Assembly (NCBI GenBank): GCA_045597865.1
Contig: JAZLKX010000052.1
Coordinates: 202,470-266,469, forward strand
Origin: Bacilli bacterium
Lineage (GTDB): Bacteria > Bacillota_I > Bacilli_A > RFN20 > CAG-826
Direction: 5' to 3'
Length of the DNA: 64,000 nt
Position numbers and translations under genes: made by a program. Shown one piece after another: positions 37,501 through 46,305 of the stretch. A model generated the notes under the pieces. That model was not told the origin of the DNA. It saw only the letters and a program-made list of their open reading frames with translations, and searched no databases. Position 1 is the first letter of the stretch. Every line of letters starts with the position of its first letter.

Positions 37501-40438
37501 ACCATCAGAAAAAACTACTAAGTACATCATTGTTGCTGCTGATTTTATCAATGGTGCAGATATAAGTGCCAATGCGCGTGTAATGACTGACGCGTATGAA
37601 ATGTACAGCTATACCATTAAAGAAAATGTCGTTGGTCCTGATGGTGAAACTACTACTGTTTATAACACTGTTGAAAAGGAACGCCAACTATTTGAAACTA
37701 TTGCTGTTGCTGATAGCGACGAAGCATGGCTTCGCCCAGTTAATGACATCTGGCAAATGAATAGCAAGTTACTTAAAGATACTGTTAAATATGGTGCTTC
37801 TCCAAAGGTATTTAATTCGGTTGCTGAAATTAATGAATTTATCAATGAACATGCCGATCGCGTGTTCAGCTGGCAGCTAGGCGGATATATAGACGGCTGG
37901 GAAAATTATGGTATACCTGATTGGGAACTCATTGACGGCGTGAACCTCGATGAAACAACTACACCAGCCGATTATTATTTTGAACCATATTTCGGCGAAT
38001 ATAGAACTTTGCTGTTTGTATTATCCTATGATTCATGTGTACCCGAATATAACTGTACTCATTATGATTCTTTATATGATAATTTGATTTACTCAAACAA
38101 CTGGTTTATGACACTAAAGAAACCGTTTAACGGCTATAATGAAGAAGTTAACCCCAGCCAGTATCATAAAAGCTACATTACTTTTAAAACTGAAGCAGAA
38201 GCTGAGGCTGCATTGCTATCAATTACAACTGAATGTAACAACCAGCGCATCGAGCCAAGCTACTTTGTTGAGAATGCTTCTGACAACGAGGTTATAGGTC
38301 ATGTATGTACGCATTGTCATGGCACAAAACGTGCAAACAAATTTAAGTATAAGTGTCCAAAATGTAGCGACATTTCTGAATATAGAAATACGCCGTTAAT
38401 CGTTAAAACCATAACACCGGATGAAGGTGATGTAGATCCATGGACACCGGAATATCCAGTACTGTTTAAGAACTTCTATACAGAATCAGCAGGATTTGGC
38501 AACATAAATCCTAACATTAACTTATTAGGAAGACACGCATGCGAACTTTGTGATGGCCTTGGATATGTTAGCCGTGAGCAACGTGTTGAATACCTTGGTG
38601 AACAATTTGAAACTCAATATGAAACGATTTTGCATGATCCGCATGCATGGTACAATTACATTGACAAGAAATATGACTATGGAAAATCTACAGTCGGCGC
38701 TGAACGCGGCATTCCGCAAATGCTTTTCATTGGTACAGAACCTACTTCCGGAAATCGTGCATATCTTGAAAACTGGATTTCGCCAAAATTGCATCCGATG
38801 ATGGGTTTATCTTCTATGTGCCCATGTTGTAGTGACATGTTTAATAAGTTCTTAACACCGCAAATCTTTAACTGCGGTGAGGAAGACATTTACGGCTACT
38901 CAACATACAAGAACAAGAACGTCCATGATCGGATCTGGCCTAGCGTTGGTTCAGAAAAAACAGACTTCCTGCTGGAAATGGGCGCTGGCTCACTTTGCAC
39001 AACATGTAACTTTAATAATCGTTCACGTTTACAAACTATCAAATGTTTTGCTTGTCATGGTCGCGGCGTTACGGTTGACTCAGGCAGAATCTGTGAGAAT
39101 TGTCGTGGTACTGGTAAACTGGACAACGCTGTATGCAACCGTTGTAATGGTACTGGTCTGAATCCAAATGTTACTTGTTCCACTTGCGGCGGTAAAACAA
39201 CAATAGAAATGGAAATTAACTTAGGTTCAATAGACTGTCCTAACTGCATCGGCGGTAGTGTAACATGCGAAGACTGTAACGGTATTAAACATTGGTACTG
39301 TACTACATGCGGCGGCGACGGCGAAGTTGAGTTCCAACCAACTATTGCGTATGAAGACGGTAAAGTCGTTGCTGTTGGCGATGGCTACTTCTACAAGAAC
39401 ATGATGCTTGACCAAACTACATTTGATATGTATCGCGATTACATCAACATTCGTCCGGATGATAACTGTGACTTGAATGTTGGACAATACTTAAAGAAGA
39501 TGAATCTGTTCTCAGTTGAAAATAACGGAAAATTGCTTGTGCATAACAACAACTATGACCAAATTCCTGACCCACATGTTACTCATAACATCGCAAGTAA
39601 CTTCTTCGCGGTTCGTAGCTGGGCTAAGTACAATGAACTACAAGAACGCTTTGCTAATCTGCAAAACGGCTGTTATGCTCCTGATGCAATTTACTTCACC
39701 AAGCGTACTGCACATAATGAAGAATGGAAACTTCGTATTCGTGAACTTGACTACCTATTGAACGATTCTTACATTAAGACCAACGCATCAATGCTAAAGA
39801 CTGCCGCGCTTAACCAAGCCATCTACGACTTCCATCGTAAGAATACAACATTCTTGCTAAGACTTGGACCTATCATTTACTATTCATGGAAGGGTCGTAA
39901 AGGTATTAAGGGCGGCAAGGGTCTTAAGGGTCTTAAAGGCCTCAAGGGTATGAAAGGCTTTAAGGGTATGAAGGGCGTTGGCCGTATCATCAACAACACA
40001 TTCGTTGCCTTCAAGGGTCAAACTCTTGGCATTAAGGGTGCAGGTGCTGGTATGAAGGGTCTTAAGGGTCTTAAAGGTACTAAGGGATATGAAAACCTTG
40101 AATTGCATATTACTGGAATTAGAACTAAGTTCTACATCGCCGACATTCTAGCAGCAGTAAAACAAGAATTTGGCCGTAGCATTTCTAATACAGGTAACCT
40201 TGGTAAGAACTCGGAAACTTATACATTCTATTGCCTGAATGGCGACCCGTCTGAAAACCTTTACTTCAAGGGTGTTCGCCTTCGTAAGATGGCAAACGGC
40301 AACTATCAGACACTTAACTCAGTAAAGGGTGTCAAGCCTGCTCAGGTTCAAAGAATCGTTTATAAAGACAACGGGTATAACGGTGAATACGGTGTTATGA
40401 ACTTTGACTATGCATACGATAACCGATTCCTAGCTTAA
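34568..40438 (+). CDS. giant putative tail fibre (paralog 2) with ~34 CxxC(xGxG) DnaJ-type zinc motifs and GxK repeats
   Basis: Shares G.ALxxD..WL, PQ.M.S, IIFGKHN, VGDG, NLF.V..NG and YY..KGRKG with 32013-34562; Cys motifs counted by hand. Confidence 0.7.
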   Translation: MENMKIILTEDFKNSTILAEKGIRCILRGFALVNDSRHWLQKLYNSDSYNFESITLEDLQEHTTLVTDEDKHDPDILNNLFDITYEPCLELTTPEDMECPMCKGTGEVDGHVCPKCEGKKTVKRQNEKGTVLGGEKFGTYKIRINSMRNNKSENGIQGTYQAIVLIGEKYTEDTVHVITTNKSYIGIILYFDNADATVAQAAGVHESEDGLVIGPDSAFTINFQFSLSQIHMVDDETGPTIEPEYNLIMKHSFQKDQTTTQLNIPGIFLVPSGKEYTNRVDLEDGRKIEHLQIGYLDKTFNLIPDTYKNNNIFNVTPRFNIFDEHNDKFVKPQVMLSYGVKPNKSDLFSNQAVAIEYDKKWFSMNEKAPTGNSRFDLFGGATKKENSSYNDADFYNTTGYLRLVSDRGYHYSGNNLTEVLSNANSAGIYDGALYVSDNNCIGALNSSAIKTLDLHAIDTEGITADGISGGMLIDSNRSTFGNLSGLTAIGTHKASAFNEKYVSSNTYKDSENDPYFCKACNGKGKMIKAWVITHIRFNIDDPIEYYTKDNKWLETLAYEPEVRKFDTKEHADVFISLNFRDDGRVYAVEADMNGITCETCNGDGRVGAYTWPGRSMFYGLNTSSVDFCGYNNTFIGHKGLLSNYGHDAIIFGKHNACGNREYDMCIKCSGEGRLTCETCNGAGKIIGHPLVECSCCNGFGYVNYSASYCTLCNGEGYVNGELCYMCNNTRYDLPGINESSCSAFISGYDAIYDCPVCLTKTQILDENTLQPVDCPDCDGCGREPCVICAGAGFIEGYEHPLATSACPTCSNTLIKCDWCNGQGYYGKYIKCETCDGTGVFNGEKCPACDGHGFLNDICKYCNGDKQVCKTCEGYGDVTCDVCEGTSIIDCPECNSPSLVKCDLCEGEGYVDGETCAQYVGEYNAKTYADWAKTIETESDANCPFCNGTGLEPAHAMIRYSLADSRDLPLSDEYYAYPEPSEKTTKYIIVAADFINGADISANARVMTDAYEMYSYTIKENVVGPDGETTTVYNTVEKERQLFETIAVADSDEAWLRPVNDIWQMNSKLLKDTVKYGASPKVFNSVAEINEFINEHADRVFSWQLGGYIDGWENYGIPDWELIDGVNLDETTTPADYYFEPYFGEYRTLLFVLSYDSCVPEYNCTHYDSLYDNLIYSNNWFMTLKKPFNGYNEEVNPSQYHKSYITFKTEAEAEAALLSITTECNNQRIEPSYFVENASDNEVIGHVCTHCHGTKRANKFKYKCPKCSDISEYRNTPLIVKTITPDEGDVDPWTPEYPVLFKNFYTESAGFGNINPNINLLGRHACELCDGLGYVSREQRVEYLGEQFETQYETILHDPHAWYNYIDKKYDYGKSTVGAERGIPQMLFIGTEPTSGNRAYLENWISPKLHPMMGLSSMCPCCSDMFNKFLTPQIFNCGEEDIYGYSTYKNKNVHDRIWPSVGSEKTDFLLEMGAGSLCTTCNFNNRSRLQTIKCFACHGRGVTVDSGRICENCRGTGKLDNAVCNRCNGTGLNPNVTCSTCGGKTTIEMEINLGSIDCPNCIGGSVTCEDCNGIKHWYCTTCGGDGEVEFQPTIAYEDGKVVAVGDGYFYKNMMLDQTTFDMYRDYINIRPDDNCDLNVGQYLKKMNLFSVENNGKLLVHNNNYDQIPDPHVTHNIASNFFAVRSWAKYNELQERFANLQNGCYAPDAIYFTKRTAHNEEWKLRIRELDYLLNDSYIKTNASMLKTAALNQAIYDFHRKNTTFLLRLGPIIYYSWKGRKGIKGGKGLKGLKGLKGMKGFKGMKGVGRIINNTFVAFKGQTLGIKGAGAGMKGLKGLKGTKGYENLELHITGIRTKFYIADILAAVKQEFGRSISNTGNLGKNSETYTFYCLNGDPSENLYFKGVRLRKMANGNYQTLNSVKGVKPAQVQRIVYKDNGYNGEYGVMNFDYAYDNRFLA
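39890..40090 (+). repeat. 9-bp periodic coding repeat (Lys-Gly-X)n
   Basis: KGRKGIKGGKGLKGLKGLKGMKGFKGMKG and MKGLKGLKGTKG; shorter copy at 33528-33573. Confidence 0.9.
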
Positions 40439-40484
40439 GCAAAAATAAATTCCAATCTCAATCTCTGCCGTATAAATATCATAT

Positions 40485-41471
40485 ATGGCAGAGATTTTTA
40501 CGAAAAATTCAAGTGGCGAAGTTCAGAAGTTAGGCGATGTCAGCAATGATCAGCTCGCCCGTATTAAGAACGATGCCAACATAAGTGACATTAAGGGATA
40601 CCTTAGTGAGTTTTGGACTGATAAGAAAAAAGGTAAGTTAAGCGACATGGATGAACGCCACGGCGCTATCCTCGTAAAAGATCTTAAGGCAGATCCTGCT
40701 GACTTCTTTAATCAGCTCAAGAAGAATACATTCACCTTCCAAGACTTCGGTCCTTATTCATGGAAGGCGTTTCTTAAACACGCTAAGATTGACCAAATGG
40801 TGTCTGACAAGTATCTAGATGACGCTTTAGCAATTCGTTCAGGAAAACGTCCTGAAATTGGTAAAGGTGAGTTCTTGTTTGTCGCTTCGTTCAGCAACAT
40901 TAACTTTGCATCTGAATCTGGTGATTTAGTTGACAATGATGGCAACCGTATTGAGGTCAAAGGTACACATGCTAATCTTGGCAGTGATGGTTCTCAATAT
41001 GAACAGTTCAGTTCAAAGATCATGACTTCCATTTATAGCGCATTTGGTACAAACGGACCTGCAAGAACCGAAGACGAAATGGACGACAATAAAAAGCGTT
41101 CACAGGATCTTACTTTAGCGGTAATTGATGATTTACAGGATAAGATTGTCAAGAACCCGCAAAAAGCAAAGCATGTTATGAAAATGCTACAAAATCGTTC
41201 TAACCATAGCGAGGGTCTCGCTAACAAGATGGTCGAGTTGTTCAACAGCAAACATAATTTAAAGCTTGTAATAGCGGCTAGTCATCTTTTAACCTACTGT
41301 CAATTTCAGAAGGCCAATTACATTTTAGCTTTGAATGATAATGTTTACTGGGGGTTCACCGCACCTAAAAATCTAGAAGATGCTTATGAGATAATGACAC
41401 ATTTCAATGTCAATGCGTGGGTGACTGGTAACCGTGGCATTTCCATAACAGTAAACAATGGTAAATCATAA
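40485..41471 (+). CDS. hypothetical protein with PD-(D/E)xK-like motif
   Basis: IGKGE...GDL.......IEVKG; own late promoter. Confidence 0.5.
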   Translation: MAEIFTKNSSGEVQKLGDVSNDQLARIKNDANISDIKGYLSEFWTDKKKGKLSDMDERHGAILVKDLKADPADFFNQLKKNTFTFQDFGPYSWKAFLKHAKIDQMVSDKYLDDALAIRSGKRPEIGKGEFLFVASFSNINFASESGDLVDNDGNRIEVKGTHANLGSDGSQYEQFSSKIMTSIYSAFGTNGPARTEDEMDDNKKRSQDLTLAVIDDLQDKIVKNPQKAKHVMKMLQNRSNHSEGLANKMVELFNSKHNLKLVIAASHLLTYCQFQKANYILALNDNVYWGFTAPKNLEDAYEIMTHFNVNAWVTGNRGISITVNNGKS

Positions 41472-42883
41472 TGGCAGAGCCGAAAGAATCAGCAAATAAA
41501 ACAATCATTGGTAGTGGCACCGTTGGCGGTTCATATGTAAATTTGCAAGTATGGATTGGTGACCCGCTTGAACCCACAAAAGGTATGACTATACCTACTG
41601 AAAGTATTGATAGTTTTTCTGTGAAAGAAAACCTCTTTACGCTTTTGCCAACGCTTGAGATGCATATTCAAGACAAAGGCAAATTCTTTATGAACCATGC
41701 ATTGTGCATCGGCGATATGATTAACATTGAAATGGCACCTTCGCCTGTTACTAAAGACGCCGATCCTGATGAGCAAGAGGTTGACCCTTACTTGATATGC
41801 AGTTTCATTATTCAGACTGTATCATGTGTACCTGATAATGAAAACAATGCGTTCACTTATATCATAATGGGTATCTATGCTGCGCAGCCTTTGATTAACG
41901 AAATTTCGTTTTATCCAACAAAGGGACCGCTTGGTGTTTCAGCGATGTATGAAAAGGTTGAAAGTGATAAAGTCATTGACATAATGGCAACTGAAGCTGG
42001 TCTTGGCCTTGTATGTGATTGTGAACCAAACGACAAGTCATATTGGTTGAACGCTAATGAAACGCGTGGTGCATTTATTGAACGCATCATTGACCATGCT
42101 TGGGTTGGTGAGGGTAATGCTCCTGTAATTTTCACCGATGTAACTGGAACAATGCACTATACATCAATCAAGAACTTGTGTGAAAACTTATCAGGTATTA
42201 CATTTGCTGATTTTGCGTCTAACACAAGTGGCAGCACACCTAAGAAATCGCCGACGATTCTATTTAGTCAAGCTAGATGTTTGAATGCAGGTGGTCCTAT
42301 TTTCAATCGCGGTGGCTATTCTTTAAAGTATTCATTAACGAATCCTTATAACAAGTTAGGCATTGATGAAAAAGAAATGCCGCGCTGGGGTGTTAATGGT
42401 ATTGCCGGTGTCGTTAATGCAGGCATAGGATCTGATACATACGGCGTTAAAGACCGCGGCGAAGGCTGGCGTGAAAAAGTATACACGCAGAATAAAAAGT
42501 TCCTAGCTGGTGTAAGCAATAAACAAGCGTCTGAAATGGATAACATCACGATTCATCAAGATGGTGGTATGTGGTTTGATGAACTGCATATACATTATAA
42601 TATTGCACCTAAGCATAATGAAATGGTTAGACGATCATTCTTTAGCAATTTTATAAATGTAACCGTTGATACTTCAAGACAAGGTTCATTGTATGATAAG
42701 TCTGCCTATCGTCCTGAATTAGGTAACATCATTGATGTTGACTTCTCATCGTCCATAAATAACAAAATAGACGGAATCCATTCAGGACCATATTGTGTAG
42801 CTGAAATCGTTCATAAGTATCGTAAGAAAAAACCATATACACAAAGCATTACCTTTGTGAATGATGGTTACTTCGGTAAATAA
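41471..42883 (+). CDS. baseplate hub protein, gp27-like
   Basis: Directly upstream of spike; I.D.G, LG.IIDV...SGPYCVAEIVH C-terminal motif. Confidence 0.6.
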   Translation: MAEPKESANKTIIGSGTVGGSYVNLQVWIGDPLEPTKGMTIPTESIDSFSVKENLFTLLPTLEMHIQDKGKFFMNHALCIGDMINIEMAPSPVTKDADPDEQEVDPYLICSFIIQTVSCVPDNENNAFTYIIMGIYAAQPLINEISFYPTKGPLGVSAMYEKVESDKVIDIMATEAGLGLVCDCEPNDKSYWLNANETRGAFIERIIDHAWVGEGNAPVIFTDVTGTMHYTSIKNLCENLSGITFADFASNTSGSTPKKSPTILFSQARCLNAGGPIFNRGGYSLKYSLTNPYNKLGIDEKEMPRWGVNGIAGVVNAGIGSDTYGVKDRGEGWREKVYTQNKKFLAGVSNKQASEMDNITIHQDGGMWFDELHIHYNIAPKHNEMVRRSFFSNFINVTVDTSRQGSLYDKSAYRPELGNIIDVDFSSSINNKIDGIHSGPYCVAEIVHKYRKKKPYTQSITFVNDGYFGK

Positions 42884-42897
42884 TGTGAGGTGTTAAA

Positions 42898-43644
42898 ATG
42901 ACTGATGTAGACCAGTATAAAGCAATTCTTGACGGTGACCCCAAACCAATCGTTGATGATCTTGTTAACCATCAAAAGACTGCACCTGAGCTTACTCGCT
43001 GGACTGGTAAGGTCGTGAATAATGATGACCCTGAAAAGCTAGGCCGTTGTCAAATTAAAGTTATTGGTTTTTACGATTCTATTCCAAATGAAATGCTGCC
43101 TTGGGCTTGCCCTGATATTCAGTACATGGGTAGCAAGTGTGGCGGACAGATTATTCCTGAACTTGATACGATGGTTAGAGGTTACTTTGACAAAGGTGAT
43201 GTCCAGCGTCCATTCTTTGACTCAATTGCGTTCAATGCCTATAATTCTGAATCTGAATATACTGATAGGAAAAACAGCTCAGATTATCCGCATAAGATGG
43301 TTCTGCTTGAAACTGATGGCGGTGACTTCTTAACCTTAAATCGTAAAGACGGCACGCTTGTATTTACTCATAGAACGGGTACCATGTTTATGATTGATGA
43401 CAAAGGAAATGTTACATTTCAGAATGGTACAAGCGACAGTCCTAAAATGAATATACAAGTCAATGGTGACTGCAACATTAATGTATCAGGAAACCTTAGT
43501 GCTTATGCAGGTGGAAGTATCACCGCCGATGCAAAAGGCATGATTGATGTTGGCTCAGCACAGGCAAAACAGTTTGTTTGTAACACGCCGAACTGCTTCA
43601 TCTGTGGTGCTTTACATTCAACACAGCAGCAAGTAAGGGTATAA
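42898..43644 (+). CDS. gp5: baseplate central spike, gp5-like (OB fold + short beta-helix, no lysozyme domain)
   Basis: GKVVNNDDPEKLGRCQIKV.G, LPWA.P, YPH, HRTGT; C-terminal CFICGALH. Confidence 0.85.
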   Translation: MTDVDQYKAILDGDPKPIVDDLVNHQKTAPELTRWTGKVVNNDDPEKLGRCQIKVIGFYDSIPNEMLPWACPDIQYMGSKCGGQIIPELDTMVRGYFDKGDVQRPFFDSIAFNAYNSESEYTDRKNSSDYPHKMVLLETDGGDFLTLNRKDGTLVFTHRTGTMFMIDDKGNVTFQNGTSDSPKMNIQVNGDCNINVSGNLSAYAGGSITADAKGMIDVGSAQAKQFVCNTPNCFICGALHSTQQQVRV

Positions 43645-43653
43645 ATATTTTAT

Positions 43654-44262
43654 ATGGCTGGTAAAGTAAGTATAAAAAATTGGTTTGAACAAAAATCAGT
43701 AAAGCTATCTGATTCATTCCTTGTCGAGTTTGACGGCAATGAATCTTTTAGATGCGCAGGTTTTAGCATTCCAAAAGTTGCTGAATGGAATGAAGAAGTT
43801 CATAAGTTTGGCAATACAGCCCATAAGATTCTTATACCTAAGATTGACATATTGCAAGAATTAACGGTTGAACTGTTTGAAGGCTATACCAAAAAGACAA
43901 CCGGTGGGGAAACATTAAAGACTGCATGCCAGAGTTTTTTCTGGAAAATCGCTACTGGCGGTTTTACAAATGGGCGAGGCTATGTTAACTACAGCGATTA
44001 TGATGCAACAGGTTATAATAAACTAAAAGGTCAATATCAATTCAGCAAGCCAGATTTTGAAAAAGTGACGATTTACATCTTAAACAACAGTTTAAACAAA
44101 GTTGTTTATAAGTATGAATTCTATGACTTGTTCTTAACCAAATACACGCCGTATGAGCTTTCATATAGTGATGAAGCTATTACTAAGTGGTCGCTATCTT
44201 TCGTCTTTAGTAAGTTTATCAAATCGGTACCTGATGACCCTGATGATGGAGTTGTTAAATGA
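43654..44262 (+). CDS. tube-fold protein (gp54/gp19-like)
   Basis: FSIPK, LTVELFE, YEFYDLFLTKYTPYELSY....KWSLSFVF. Confidence 0.6.
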   Translation: MAGKVSIKNWFEQKSVKLSDSFLVEFDGNESFRCAGFSIPKVAEWNEEVHKFGNTAHKILIPKIDILQELTVELFEGYTKKTTGGETLKTACQSFFWKIATGGFTNGRGYVNYSDYDATGYNKLKGQYQFSKPDFEKVTIYILNNSLNKVVYKYEFYDLFLTKYTPYELSYSDEAITKWSLSFVFSKFIKSVPDDPDDGVVK

Positions 44263-45737
44263 TATCTTGTGGACAATTCTTTCGCTTTAGACCTCACCTA
44301 CCGTTTCGTTTCGTAGTTGACTTTTTTACTGACAAATATGTTAACTCACATAATTTAGGTTATTTCGTTTCTAGCATTAAAGTAAATGCGCCAGAGGTTG
44401 ATACAACAACCGGCGCGTTTTATTTTGGTGATGGTTATCGTACTATACCATTAGTTGACCCATCAGCAAAAACTATTAACATTACTTTTGAAGAAACTGA
44501 TGATATGCGGGTGACTAAATTTTTTGATGGTGTAATTGCTCAGCAACGCTTTGGCTTGCCTTATGTAATACAGATTGGCGTTACCGAATTTGAAGAACGA
44601 ATGAATGTTCCAGTTAGAGCTATGCTCTATTCATGCGTACTTGCTAATTATGAAGAAGGCGCATTCTCACGAATGGGCGGCGTTTCTATCGTTACTATAT
44701 CAGCGACGTTTAATGTAATGAGTGAAAAGCCATGGGAAGCAAATACAAAGATCAGTGCTGGTAAGCAAACACAAGATATTGGTATACCTGATAATGTGTT
44801 TTCTAAATTACAATCAGAAGCATCTAGTGTTGTTTCTTCACCGGCTATTGCTGTGCTAGATGAATGGAATGCAAAGTTTAATGAGGACTTAGTAGAAGGT
44901 AAACAACGCGAAGAACGAGAAAAGGCTGAAAGACGAGAACGCCGTGGAGGCGGTGGTGGAAACGGTAGCGGATTTGGTGGTAGCCATGCACCTCCAGGAA
45001 AACAACTTGCTGCAACCGGTGGTGTTGGCGAAAAAGGAGTTACTCACGCTGCTCTTATGGAAGCTGCTAAAGCTGAGTTTACTGGTACTAATGGCGCAAA
45101 CAGAACAGAAGGCCGAGTTGATATGGTTTACTTTAATTCATTAGATGGCGGTACACAAAAGCTTAACTTTGGTATGGGTAACACACAAAAATATCTTGAA
45201 AACCTTGGTCTTAAGAACTCAAAGTTTACTATTGAAGCAACCATTGACGGCAAGAAGGTTTCTTTAACTGGTACTATGCAAGAATTGACCGAAAAGGTAA
45301 AAGTGTATGGACATGCAAACAGTTCAGCAACAGCTTGGAAAATGGATAAAGCAACAACTGATATGGTGACTGCTAAATCAATGGGTAACATTGCTACTAA
45401 GATGGAAAAAGCATACAACAAAGAAATCCTGGCGGCGATGGATAAAACAACGCTTGGCGGTCTTGCACATATTGAATATGGTTCAGGCGGTGCTTCAGCA
45501 ACGCTTGGACGATATATGAATAATCATAAGGATGAAGTTATTGCTGAACTTAAGAAAAATAATGGTATGCTTTCTGATGACTTTGTCAATAAAATGATGG
45601 CTGACAAATCAGTTAAAAGCGTGATGTATAGAGAATATACAATTAAGCAAGGTGAACATGCAGGCGACCGTATGGCAGTTGATAGACGAGGACGACTAAC
45701 CGGTAAATCTGGTCACTCGCTGCGTAAAATCAATTAA
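44259..45737 (+). CDS. tube-fold N-domain fused via Gly-rich linker to putative GH24 lysozyme-like domain
   Basis: ITFEETDD...ISATF; EGRVDMVYFN......NFGMG resembles T4 lysozyme EGLRLKIYKD..TIGIG. Confidence 0.45.
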   Translation: MISCGQFFRFRPHLPFRFVVDFFTDKYVNSHNLGYFVSSIKVNAPEVDTTTGAFYFGDGYRTIPLVDPSAKTINITFEETDDMRVTKFFDGVIAQQRFGLPYVIQIGVTEFEERMNVPVRAMLYSCVLANYEEGAFSRMGGVSIVTISATFNVMSEKPWEANTKISAGKQTQDIGIPDNVFSKLQSEASSVVSSPAIAVLDEWNAKFNEDLVEGKQREEREKAERRERRGGGGGNGSGFGGSHAPPGKQLAATGGVGEKGVTHAALMEAAKAEFTGTNGANRTEGRVDMVYFNSLDGGTQKLNFGMGNTQKYLENLGLKNSKFTIEATIDGKKVSLTGTMQELTEKVKVYGHANSSATAWKMDKATTDMVTAKSMGNIATKMEKAYNKEILAAMDKTTLGGLAHIEYGSGGASATLGRYMNNHKDEVIAELKKNNGMLSDDFVNKMMADKSVKSVMYREYTIKQGEHAGDRMAVDRRGRLTGKSGHSLRKIN

Positions 45738-45741
45738 GACT

Positions 45742-45771
45742 AAAAAGGCTAGGGTTTTGCCCTAGCCTTTT
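45742..45771. terminator. bidirectional terminator
   Basis: AAAAAGGCTAGGG-TTTTG-CCCTAGCCTTTT between convergent genes. Confidence 0.85.
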
Positions 45772-45777
45772 GAATTT

Positions 45778-46281
45778 TTAAACTGCGGGTTTGGTAATGA
45801 TGCCAACAATGCTTGGCGGAATACCATCAGGAATATCCTTAATGTCCATACCGATGATCTTTATCTTTACCTTTTGTTTCAAGAAGTTGTAATTGTTTTC
45901 GTCCTTCTTCATCATTCGTTCATTAAGCTCAGTAAACTGCTTATCTAACTCATCTGATGCTTTTTGATATTCAACCGCCATTTCAGTAATCTTAGGCTGA
46001 TCATTTTCATCAAACTTTGGATTGCCTTGTTCATCACGGTCAATGTACTGCATAACGATCTTTTTCATACGCTGACAGTAATCAATATACTGAGCATCAT
46101 TTTGTTCGTTATACAGGCCTTCTTCAATCTGACTGTATGGTTGGCCTAGCATAATAACATTATTATAGACTAACAAAGCAAATTCGGCAGTAAACTTCTC
46201 GCTTTCCAGATTATCCCTGAAATACTTATAAGCCTTTTGAATTTCAAAAAGACCAATTTCAATTTGTTTTTCCTGTAGCAT
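45778..46281 (-). CDS. hypothetical protein, 167 aa
   Basis: ORF with AGGAG RBS. Confidence 0.7.
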   Translation of the reverse strand: MLQEKQIEIGLFEIQKAYKYFRDNLESEKFTAEFALLVYNNVIMLGQPYSQIEEGLYNEQNDAQYIDYCQRMKKIVMQYIDRDEQGNPKFDENDQPKITEMAVEYQKASDELDKQFTELNERMMKKDENNYNFLKQKVKIKIIGMDIKDIPDGIPPSIVGIITKPAV

Positions 46282-46305
46282 AAAACTCCTAAATGTATAA
46301 GTTAT

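Noticed and set aside
34568-40438. Calling the giant protein a DnaJ chaperone or multiheme cytochrome
   Set aside because: No J-domain HPD motif; motifs are CxxCxGxG and only two happen to read CxxCH
32013-40438. Diversity-generating retroelement targeting the fibres
   Set aside because: No reverse transcriptase and no TR/VR pair with adenine-specific mismatches seen
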